Positions 41,423 to 49,482 of a stretch of DNA of 64,000 bases are shown piece after piece. Location: contig JAYVHA010000019.1 in the NCBI GenBank assembly GCA_043771635.1, positions 1,248 to 65,247 of the forward strand. The letters run 5' to 3'. The stretch is from Candidatus Woesearchaeota archaeon (GTDB lineage Archaea; Nanobdellota; Nanobdellia; Woesearchaeales; SKIA01). The position numbers and the translations under genes were made by a program. Numbering within the stretch: position 1 is the stretch's first letter; the number at the start of each line of letters is the position of its first letter. Below the pieces are notes generated by a model. It saw only the letters and a list, made by a program, of their open reading frames with translations. It searched no databases and had not been told where the DNA came from.

Positions 41423-42751
41423 TCATTTCCTCGTGCTTTGGGGACTTGGCTGTGGTGGCGCCCGAGGACTGTCAGGAATTACAGCGTTTGGCGCAGGCGA
41501 GGCAGACTTAGTAGTTTCAGTGTCTGAACCTGGACCCCCGCCTTCATCTTTGCGCCTATGGTAGCGCGAGATTGCAAACAAGATTACCGACGCAACTAGA
41601 ATTATTGCGATTATACCAACAATCAAGTCAGCAGCTGAGAGTTCAACTACAGAGTCCGCTCCAGCAGGAGCTTCATAAGTTGGCGGCTTAGGCGTTTCAT
41701 TAAACACAGCAATCGGCAACAACGCAGTTTTAGAGCCGCCAGGGAAATAAACTGTAACCGTTGCTAATGCCTGCCCTGGCAGTATAGAACGATCAGTTTC
41801 CCAGAAATTAGTCATAGCGCCAGGTTGAAACGGGTCAATAGCAATTGAAGGTGTCGTACTTGGAGTTGCTCCGAGAACTACAGTAGAGTAAACATTATCA
41901 AGACGTTGATTCCACAAACTCTCCACGTGCACAGTGTAGCGGTTTACAGGCTTATCCAAATAGAGCGGTCCTTCTAGTGCAACAATATCTACATCTTGAG
42001 TGCCTACTGCAAACGAACCATTTGATTCGGCAATAAGATTGTTGTATTCTAGTTTCGCCTGCAACTGATATTTACCTGGCGAATACCCGCTTGATGGAAT
42101 TAATTTGGTGAAATCCTTATTACTACTTCCCGCTATTTCCATCCCATCAAAAGTAAACACATCTTGTAACTCTCCTGCAGCACTTACAATGCGAACTGTT
42201 GCCCGCCCAGAAGTAATAGCCTCTGCACCAAGATTATTTACAAGTAATTTTAGCTGAGTATTCTGTCCTTGAGGAACACTAGGCGCACCAGCAGTAAGCT
42301 CAGCATATTGACCAGGGTATGGTTTCCAAAGAATTATTCTATACCCAACTTCAGTTCTAACTGCGAATGTACCGCCAGTGTCGTCCGGAGCACGTTCTGC
42401 AAAAAATACAAAAGTTGTATGAAAACCAGGAGTTGCAAGTTCTGCAGGGGCTACAAATGCTAACGGAACTGACGCGGTACCACGAGCAGGAATTCGAATA
42501 GGTTGCTTTACCGCAACGGAATTTTTTAATACACCTTCAACACGAACATCAACATCTACAGGCCCATCATTATTGTTAATTAGAGTAACAGTTAAGTCAC
42601 TGCGCTGATTAGGTTCAAAAGTAACATCGACGCGAGGGGGACTCACACCCATAGCCAGTACAGTAGGAAGCGAAGCGATCATGCTCAAAAGCAGCAAAGA
42701 ATAAACTAAGACCTTTGACGAGCTAACCAATTTTGTATTCGCTCTTGTCAT
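41423..42751 (-). CDS. surface protein, three Ig-like domains + C-terminal TM (DUF916/PapD-like N-domain)
   Basis: signal peptide ending VLA, 'GVSPPRVDVTFEPN...LINN', 'NNLG', TM then Pro-rich tail. Confidence 0.75.
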   Translation of the reverse strand: MTRANTKLVSSSKVLVYSLLLLSMIASLPTVLAMGVSPPRVDVTFEPNQRSDLTVTLINNNDGPVDVDVRVEGVLKNSVAVKQPIRIPARGTASVPLAFVAPAELATPGFHTTFVFFAERAPDDTGGTFAVRTEVGYRIILWKPYPGQYAELTAGAPSVPQGQNTQLKLLVNNLGAEAITSGRATVRIVSAAGELQDVFTFDGMEIAGSSNKDFTKLIPSSGYSPGKYQLQAKLEYNNLIAESNGSFAVGTQDVDIVALEGPLYLDKPVNRYTVHVESLWNQRLDNVYSTVVLGATPSTTPSIAIDPFQPGAMTNFWETDRSILPGQALATVTVYFPGGSKTALLPIAVFNETPKPPTYEAPAGADSVVELSAADLIVGIIAIILVASVILFAISRYHRRKDEGGGPGSDTETTKSASPAPNAVIPDSPRAPPQPSPQSTRK

Positions 42752-42853
42752 GTTTGAAAAAAGCACATCATCGTTTAAAACGGTATTCTTATTACTATTA
42801 GGTTTAGCAATAAATAATAAATTTCTTGGAAGTAGGCTCACTTCTCACTCACC

Positions 42854-43462
42854 TTAGATTGCAGAGAAGGTGAGAGTTGAGATGCCAGTGCAACCACCAG
42901 AGAAGCCTACAGCGTCTTGCGGTATAGTTACATTAACATACAACTGAAATGCTCCGGAAGTTGGCACGATTTGCGGACAAGCAAGGCGAGTTGTGCTGTC
43001 TAAGGTAGTCCACGAACTTACGTTTGTACCGTTGCAGCTAGTCGTTATGAACTGAAGTGTAGGGTTTGTGCCACCGATTAAGGTCGCAGCACTGCAACTG
43101 CTTGTTACGTTTACGGACGCGTTAACATTGCCTACATTTTGTACTCTAATAAACCGAGGCGTTACGTTATCACCAGTGCAATTCGCGCCAAACACTCCGT
43201 CACATGCAACTGCATCGTTTGTTGCACAAGTATAATTTGTACCTGATCTAGGAGTACAAGTTCCGAATGCAAGAGTCTTGTTTCCAGCATCTACTTGAAT
43301 GTTAAGTGCACTTGCAACAGTAAGTGACACGTTACCCGTGTCTGTTGTTGCGCGACCTGTAAGACCAGGCAATGCGTCGATACGGATTAAAAAAGATGCG
43401 GAAACTACTAAGAGTGCACCAATTACTAACATTGCTAATGCACTGTTTGAAAGTTCGCTCAT
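42854..43462 (-). CDS. putative fibre/pilus subunit, paralog 2
   Basis: MSELSN + TM + GLTGRAT-TDTGNVSLTV; FGTCTP; NVGNV; NVTIPQDAVG...STLTFSAI; 8 Cys. Confidence 0.8.
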   Translation of the reverse strand: MSELSNSALAMLVIGALLVVSASFLIRIDALPGLTGRATTDTGNVSLTVASALNIQVDAGNKTLAFGTCTPRSGTNYTCATNDAVACDGVFGANCTGDNVTPRFIRVQNVGNVNASVNVTSSCSAATLIGGTNPTLQFITTSCNGTNVSSWTTLDSTTRLACPQIVPTSGAFQLYVNVTIPQDAVGFSGGCTGISTLTFSAI

Positions 43463-43483
43463 GGTATGTATCCTCTTGTAATT

Positions 43484-44101
43484 CTATATTGCTGTGAAGG
43501 TTAACGTTGACGTTCCTGTACAACCACCCGAGGAGCCTACTGCGTCCTGCGGGATTGTAACGTTCGAAAATAGTCTGAATGCTCCAGAAGTCGGCGCAAT
43601 TCTTGCACAAGCAAGAGTGGTTGTTGTACCTAGCGTAGTCCAAGTTGTAACGTTGGTCGCATTGCATTCAGTAGTCTGGAATTGAAGTTGAGGATTAGTT
43701 CCGCCAATTAAGGTTGCTGCAGTACAGGAGCTTGTTACGTTGACTGAGGCGTTGACGTTACCGACATTAACTACGCGGATGAATCGAATGCTTCCATTAT
43801 CACCAGTGCAGTTTGCACCAAACACTGCGTCACATGCAACTGCATCGTTTGAGGCGCAAGTATAGTTAGAGCCTGCACGAGGAGTACAAGTACCAAAGGC
43901 GATAGTGCTGTTACCTGGGTCTACTTGGATGTTAAGTGCGCTTGCGATAGACAACGAAACGTTTCCAGTATCAGAAGTTGCCCTCCCGGTAAGTCCGAAT
44001 GTTGTTCCATCACTATTGATAGTATACACCGTTGTGCCAACAGTAACAACCAGAGCGGCAAAAACGAGAAGTGCGAGAGTACTATTGGAAATTTCTGCCA
44101 T
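43484..44101 (-). CDS. putative fibre/pilus subunit, paralog 1
   Basis: MAEISN + TM + GLTGRAT-SDTGNVSLSI; FGTCTP; NVGNV; NVTIPQDAVG...STLTFTAI. Confidence 0.8.
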   Translation of the reverse strand: MAEISNSTLALLVFAALVVTVGTTVYTINSDGTTFGLTGRATSDTGNVSLSIASALNIQVDPGNSTIAFGTCTPRAGSNYTCASNDAVACDAVFGANCTGDNGSIRFIRVVNVGNVNASVNVTSSCTAATLIGGTNPQLQFQTTECNATNVTTWTTLGTTTTLACARIAPTSGAFRLFSNVTIPQDAVGSSGGCTGTSTLTFTAI

Positions 44102-44103
44102 TG

Positions 44104-44316
44104 CTATTGTCCACCGGGAACGTTTAACTGTAAAGTGCCATCGACACCAGCGCGTTCACCAACTTGTAAATTAACTGTGCTATCTGCCACGCTTTGCGCG
44201 GGAGACGCAGACCTAGGGAGAGAATCATGCGCCATGAGCGAATACGTTCCGAAACCGCTTACTGCGATAACAAGAACAAGGAGAATCGCGACGACATTGC
44301 GGGAAACCTCAACCAT
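44104..44316 (-). CDS. 70-aa protein with subunit-like N-terminal TM and two beta-strands
   Basis: MVEVSRNVVAILLV parallels MAEISNSTLALLV; STVNLQV and GTLQLNV; TTTATAAA box at ~44340. Confidence 0.7.
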   Translation of the reverse strand: MVEVSRNVVAILLVLVIAVSGFGTYSLMAHDSLPRSASPAQSVADSTVNLQVGERAGVDGTLQLNVPGGQ

Positions 44317-44435
44317 TGAATAGTTTCCAGTTTAGCCAGTTTATAAAAGTTTCTAAATAAAGTGACTCGAACAAGGAGTGACAAATTAAGATTTGAAAAA
44401 TGGTTTTAAGATATAAAGATAATTTCTAAAATATT

Positions 44436-44828
44436 TTATTGTACGGGCGCAGGCACAGTGAAGTTAGCAGGCCTCGTTAATACTTCTTGAACACAGGCGA
44501 CTTCTTCGCATTGTGATGCTACAAAAGTAAGGTTGATGAATGAAAGCGGCACAGGAGTAACAGTACCCTCGATGTTTACTGAACACGAGCGGTTTTCTGC
44601 ACTGTCACCTGCGGCGACTGAGGCGCAATTCTTCGCAACCCAAGCAACTGGATCAACATATTTTCCACAAACTACTCGACTACACTCCCATTTATTGTTG
44701 GCGCTATCTGCACCAGCAATTTTAGCATCCCTACTTGACATGCTGAACGCAGTGAATGCGAGTGCAACTGCGAGAATTGCAATAAGTATGTACATAGTCA
44801 CGAAATGAGAGGATTTATTGCGTTCCAT
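44436..44828 (-). CDS. small membrane-anchored Cys-rich protein
   Basis: N-terminal TM, six Cys in the exported part. Confidence 0.7.
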   Translation of the reverse strand: MERNKSSHFVTMYILIAILAVALAFTAFSMSSRDAKIAGADSANNKWECSRVVCGKYVDPVAWVAKNCASVAAGDSAENRSCSVNIEGTVTPVPLSFINLTFVASQCEEVACVQEVLTRPANFTVPAPVQ

Positions 44829-44829
44829 G

Positions 44830-45978
44830 TTAATTCCTATCCTTGCGAGTGTAGAATCGGTATATAAAATATGCTGCTAATATAGTAAGTAGAATTACCA
44901 GCACAATAGTAAATGCTCTGTTTGATGTAGCGCCTGGTTGAACCTCTACTGGACGTTCAATCGAATCTACACCTAGAATGATAGGGCGGGTTTCTTCTGA
45001 TACTTTATCTGCATAAATTAGCTTGGCTCTTAAAACCGCAGGACCAGCAGTAGCGCTTTTTGTCTCTAGAAACCCTGTAAAACGACCCTCGGCTAGAGGC
45101 ATAATTGTTTGTGAGGCGGAAGTTGCAGTACCTATAGTACTATTCTGCTCTAAAATAAACATAGCCTGTACTGGCAGCGGCGCACCCCACTCGTTTAATA
45201 CATCCACAGAAACGCGAAATGGATCACCCAGTCTAAATTCACCAAAATTAATTCCTAGTATTTTAACATTAAGCGCACCAACAATAATTTCGCTTGTTAC
45301 GCGTAGTTCTGTGGAACCATACGGAACTGACGCGACCGCAGTATACACACCAACAGCGCGAGGATTCCAAGATGCAACTAGATCGCGACTTTCACCTGGT
45401 AAAATTGTTACTTGAGCAAATTCCTGTCGTACCCCATCAAGCAAGATGGAAGATTGGGTGCTAATTGATTGAGTACCAACATTAAGTAAGTGTAGCGTGA
45501 TTAGTACTTCGCTCCCAACTATCCCGCTTGAACTCAGGAGCTCTCCAGTCAGAAACGCACCTTCTTTCGCTGTTTGAACTCGGATAACGTGCATAACCGC
45601 AGATGAAGCAGCCACTGTACCTGCACCAACTGCGCGCGACTCGAATAAAATGCCCGACTCGGAAGTACCAGGCACCGTGTTAGCAGGCAGACGTATTTGC
45701 ACTGGAATTGCACGTGATTCACCGGGCGAAATAACTACTGAAGGGGGCACATCAAGAGCGCCGCCAATAGCTAAAGCGCCTGTCGGCGAAATAGTAATTT
45801 CGAGAGCAGACGACTCATCGTTTCTGACTAATACATCATAGCGTACGACTTCGTTTGCACTGAAAGCTATTGTTTTACTTGCAGGACTTGCTGTGAGGGC
45901 AGACGCTGCACTAAGTGAACTTACAACCAAGATAACTAATAACATAACTAACTTAGCTCGAGAATTGGAATAATTCAT
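44830..45978 (-). CDS. surface protein, three Ig-like domains + C-terminal TM; distant paralog of 41423..42751
   Basis: signal peptide ending ASA, 'LTASPASKTIAF...VRND', 'NVGT', 'NEWG' (cf. 'SLWN'), TM + RKDRN. Confidence 0.75.
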   Translation of the reverse strand: MNYSNSRAKLVMLLVILVVSSLSAASALTASPASKTIAFSANEVVRYDVLVRNDESSALEITISPTGALAIGGALDVPPSVVISPGESRAIPVQIRLPANTVPGTSESGILFESRAVGAGTVAASSAVMHVIRVQTAKEGAFLTGELLSSSGIVGSEVLITLHLLNVGTQSISTQSSILLDGVRQEFAQVTILPGESRDLVASWNPRAVGVYTAVASVPYGSTELRVTSEIIVGALNVKILGINFGEFRLGDPFRVSVDVLNEWGAPLPVQAMFILEQNSTIGTATSASQTIMPLAEGRFTGFLETKSATAGPAVLRAKLIYADKVSEETRPIILGVDSIERPVEVQPGATSNRAFTIVLVILLTILAAYFIYRFYTRKDRN

Positions 45979-47198
45979 TCTAAACTCGCTCCTAGAACAG
46001 TCAAGGTAGTATTTTTTGCACCTTGAGTCTCGCCTTGTGGAACCCATACTTTAAGTTCGAATTCGCGAAGCGCTCCGAGCGTTAGGTTACTTGTCAAACT
46101 AGTGTATCCGCTGGTTACGTTTATCCACGCGCTGCTATTTTCATCAGCATACTGGAAATAACTCGTGCTAAGGGCTTGGCTCACCCATAATGCAGCGTTT
46201 GCTTTGGCAGACGTAAGTACATCAACATTACCCGAGTTATTGTATACAAGAGGAGCAGGCGAGCTCGATAAAGTATCATTAGTACGGTTGGCTGTTGGGT
46301 CACTCGGAACAAGCGAGCCGAAATCAGTTGCGCCAGTGGTAAAGGTTATTCCAACGACACTTGGTATGCTAAAGTTAAATTGCGTTGCGTACGCACTGCA
46401 AGTATTACTTGTGTCGCAAGCGCGCACAGTCCAATTATACGCGCGGTCAACGCACAACTTGTCAATGCTCAAGTAGTATGCGGAACTACTGTTCTTTAGT
46501 GGAATAGCTGCGCATCCGCTTGGACTAGTAATATTCCACTGGTAAGTTACCGCATCACCATCAGGATCAGAGACATTTGTCCAGTTGAACGTCGGATAAC
46601 GTGATGAAACTGTGTAGTTATTATTTAGCGGGATTAGGAGCGTTGGTACTGACGGAGCGCTGTTTGATACGCTACCGCACACCTTTCGCGTGTACGCGTC
46701 ACAATCTCCAATATGGGCGTTTGTACTGTTACTGCCTTCAGCAGTGTTCGCGAGCGAGAGCATGCAACCGTATCCTGTCGAGCAAGCCGTATTGTTATAC
46801 TGAATCGACACAGTAGCTAGAGCTGCGGAAAAACACATACTAGTATTGTAGGTACTTTCGTTTGCTTGTTGTGCATGTGCATTGTCAGTGTCGGCAAGGC
46901 GCAGCCAAGTAGTCGCCGCGCCACCGCACGAAGTATTAAACGCACTTACTGCTACTGTAGTTGAATTGCAACATAAACTGTTCGCATATGTACCAACAGA
47001 AACATTTTGTCCGTGCGAATTATTCCATCCGCCAGTATCATTCGCCACACCTAGAAGTTTAATGGTGCTTGCACCACAAGAGCTACTCGCTACAAAGCTG
47101 CAGTTCAAATAACCGAGCGCGCTCGGTACGCTAGACAACAACAGCAAGGTTGCTACAACAAGTATACCTATCGGCCACATGCTAGCGGCAGAGTTCAT
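45975..47198 (-). CDS. secreted multi-domain protein (Cys-rich N-domain, FN3/Ig-like, C-terminal subunit-like domain); putative tip adhesin
   Basis: signal peptide, no C-terminal TM; 'DPDGDAVTY', 'YNWTVRACD'; C-domain TDFGSLVP, NSGNVDV, KVWVP...NTTLTV. Confidence 0.75.
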   Translation of the reverse strand: MNSAASMWPIGILVVATLLLLSSVPSALGYLNCSFVASSSCGASTIKLLGVANDTGGWNNSHGQNVSVGTYANSLCCNSTTVAVSAFNTSCGGAATTWLRLADTDNAHAQQANESTYNTSMCFSAALATVSIQYNNTACSTGYGCMLSLANTAEGSNSTNAHIGDCDAYTRKVCGSVSNSAPSVPTLLIPLNNNYTVSSRYPTFNWTNVSDPDGDAVTYQWNITSPSGCAAIPLKNSSSAYYLSIDKLCVDRAYNWTVRACDTSNTCSAYATQFNFSIPSVVGITFTTGATDFGSLVPSDPTANRTNDTLSSSPAPLVYNNSGNVDVLTSAKANAALWVSQALSTSYFQYADENSSAWINVTSGYTSLTSNLTLGALREFELKVWVPQGETQGAKNTTLTVLGASLE

Positions 47199-48829
47199 TG
47201 CAGCGTTGCTCCACTAAGGAAACTGCCGGCAAGAAGTACGTCTCCTACTTGCGTTATTACGGCAGCATCAGTACCAGCTGCCGTGCGTATAACAAAGTCT
47301 CCACTTGTAGTTCGCTGCGGCGTTGTTCGCGCAGTTAACTTTCCTGCTGAGCGAAGTGCACCTTGTTCGTCGATTGATAGTGTGACAATTCCAGCACCGT
47401 CTTTTATGAGCCAGCCGCTCACTCCAGGTGTCGTACTAAATGTAGCGGCGCCGGTAACAACCATGGTCCCATATTTGTCAATTGCAGCTGCTGCACTGCC
47501 GTCTGCAGCTTCCACAACAAAGCGCCCACGACCACTGCGCAATAGCCACGCTGCACCTTGAGTGCCAGCTATGCATACACTATCAGTATATTCTGCGCCT
47601 GGCTGGTAAACAGTGCCATCTGCGACGCAGGCTGCTTGTGACGCAGCGCAGATTCCTCCTGTTAGTTCACCGTGGTACTGGCTTGTTAGACAAACGCCAC
47701 TTCCACACTGCGATCCTAAAGTACATGCCGCGCCGAGCGCAACTGTAACGCCAGGAATTACTTCCGGAGTATCTGGAACAGGAGCGGGTACAACTGGAAT
47801 TACAACAGGGGGCGCAACAGGCGGCACCGCAGTTATGGTAGTATTATTTGATTCATTTGTGCTATTAGTTGTTGCAACAATAGGAGGCGCAGGTGTAACG
47901 GGTGGCGTCACAACTGGTGGAGTCGTTACTGGATCAACTATTTCGTTGCTTGATGAATTAGTCTCGTTCGATGAATTAGTCTCAGTTGTTTCATTTTCAA
48001 GAGCGTGAGAAATTGGTTCTCCCCGCGTGCCGTATACAACGCGTTCAATGTAGAACTCTACAGCACCGCTCAGTTCAATATCTAGCGCCGCGCTTGCATT
48101 GAGCCCGGGCAGAGAGCAGGTTTCGACGCAAGCATTTAGAAATGCCACAGACTCGTCAGATTGCGCATTCGGCGCAGTTTCTGTGACTTCAGGAGTGTCA
48201 GTTTGTGGCGACGCAGGCAATGTTACTGCTCCAGGTTCACTTGGAGACAGCGTTTCAATTACAGTATCATCAGTAGTCACTCTTCCAGTTAGTCCGCTTG
48301 CACCCTCTTTCTCACTGTCGTATGATGCCACGAGCAACCGAGCATCCCCTAAACGCAAATATACTTTCGCCACCCCATCTCCGCTTGCAGTACCGTCGAT
48401 TCGCAACGACGAGAGAGGATCAGTAATTGAAAGTGGAACCGTTTCACTGCCAGTATAAACGCTGTCAAGTGGCAGCGCATAGAACGATTCATCTTGGCCA
48501 AAAGTGAACAAACCCGTTATAGCTCCAAAGTTTAATGCGATTAAAGCAGCAAACACAATTACAATTGCAAAAGGTACTGCTTTTCGGAGTCTAGGGTGTG
48601 ACGGCGGCTGCGCAGCAAGCATTGCCTCAGTACTTGCAAGATGCTCGTTCAAATCACGGATGACGTCTTTAGGATCTTTACCCGCGTACTCCCGCGCAAC
48701 GATCTGCTTCGCCATTTCAGGCGTTAATTTACCAGACGCTACTTCGCGATCAATTTCAGCTGTAAATTCGTTTACTGCGTCACGCTCTTTCTCGAACTTC
48801 TCGATAAGTTTTTCGAGTTCAGCTCTCAT
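47195..48829 (-). CDS. type II membrane surface protein with Pro/Thr stalk and C-terminal beta-repeats
   Basis: cytoplasmic helical N-terminus, TM + AITGLFT, internal GLTGRVT, P/T/V-rich linker, Cys motif, three IDxxG-type repeats. Confidence 0.75.
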   Translation of the reverse strand: MRAELEKLIEKFEKERDAVNEFTAEIDREVASGKLTPEMAKQIVAREYAGKDPKDVIRDLNEHLASTEAMLAAQPPSHPRLRKAVPFAIVIVFAALIALNFGAITGLFTFGQDESFYALPLDSVYTGSETVPLSITDPLSSLRIDGTASGDGVAKVYLRLGDARLLVASYDSEKEGASGLTGRVTTDDTVIETLSPSEPGAVTLPASPQTDTPEVTETAPNAQSDESVAFLNACVETCSLPGLNASAALDIELSGAVEFYIERVVYGTRGEPISHALENETTETNSSNETNSSSNEIVDPVTTPPVVTPPVTPAPPIVATTNSTNESNNTTITAVPPVAPPVVIPVVPAPVPDTPEVIPGVTVALGAACTLGSQCGSGVCLTSQYHGELTGGICAASQAACVADGTVYQPGAEYTDSVCIAGTQGAAWLLRSGRGRFVVEAADGSAAAAIDKYGTMVVTGAATFSTTPGVSGWLIKDGAGIVTLSIDEQGALRSAGKLTARTTPQRTTSGDFVIRTAAGTDAAVITQVGDVLLAGSFLSGATLQ

Positions 48830-49053
48830 AAGCGCACCACTTTCTTTATAGCACGTTGATACGTGGTCCAAACAGTGCGATCATCACGCTGCAGCATCAC
48901 AGCAATCTGACTATAAGTCAAACTATGCTCTTCTTTTAGATAACGGACTATTGCTTCAAGTGCAGAGAGTTCTCTGTCCTTCAGAACTTCGATTGGGATA
49001 GCTATCGGTAACGCTCGAATGTCTATAACATGAGTTTTACGATTAATGACCAT
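48826..49053 (-). CDS. small helix-turn-helix protein (sigma-70 region 4-like)
   Basis: 'IPIEVLKDRELSALEAIVRYLKE...LTYSQIAVMLQRDDRTVWTTY'; ATGA-coupled to the downstream gene; start uncertain. Confidence 0.75.
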   Translation of the reverse strand: MVINRKTHVIDIRALPIAIPIEVLKDRELSALEAIVRYLKEEHSLTYSQIAVMLQRDDRTVWTTYQRAIKKVVRL

Positions 49054-49189
49054 CCTTACCCTGTGAGTACCCACACTGTAAGTAATTAAAAAGGTGATTG
49101 TTGGAGTTGATAACAAATAATTATTACAATAATTAGGACTATTTACAAACGCATACTTAGATAGGCTGATTTTAGAAGTGAATTTAGAC

Positions 49190-49261
49190 CGTCCCCTGCC
49201 GGGATCGAACCGGCGACCTTTCGATTAACAGTCGAACGCTCTACCGCTGAGCTAAGGGGAC
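49190..49261 (-). tRNA. tRNA-Asn(GTT)
   Basis: GTCCCCT/AGGGGAC acceptor, TTCGA-CTGTTAA-TCGAA anticodon arm, GGTTCGAT. Confidence 0.95.
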
Positions 49262-49264
49262 TGA

Positions 49265-49338
49265 TGGACCCTCGGTGATTTGAACACCGGACCTCTCGAT
49301 TATCAGTCGAGTGCTCTACCAGGCTAAGCTAAGGGACC
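49265..49338 (-). tRNA. tRNA-Ile(GAT)
   Basis: GGTCCCT/AGGGTCC acceptor, CTCGA-CTGATAA-TCGAG anticodon arm, GTTCAAAT. Confidence 0.93.
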
Positions 49339-49482
49339 TTAATGCGATGGATTAAAAGGGCGTTTATAAGGATTTCCCAGTTGTAGCGCTATTTGAGCTT
49401 ATTGCAAGAACTCCAAAATAAGCCAGTTTTGACAAGTCAAACGGCCGTCGAGCATAAATACCCTCTAATTTATTGACCTATA

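Noticed and set aside
42854..44316. Type IV pilins/archaellins
   Set aside because: No class III signal peptide (K/R-G followed by a hydrophobic stretch) and no PilB/TadC genes in the window
29708..49338. tRNA-bounded integrative element or provirus
   Set aside because: Flanked by tRNAs, but I found no integrase, no att duplication and no viral hallmark genes
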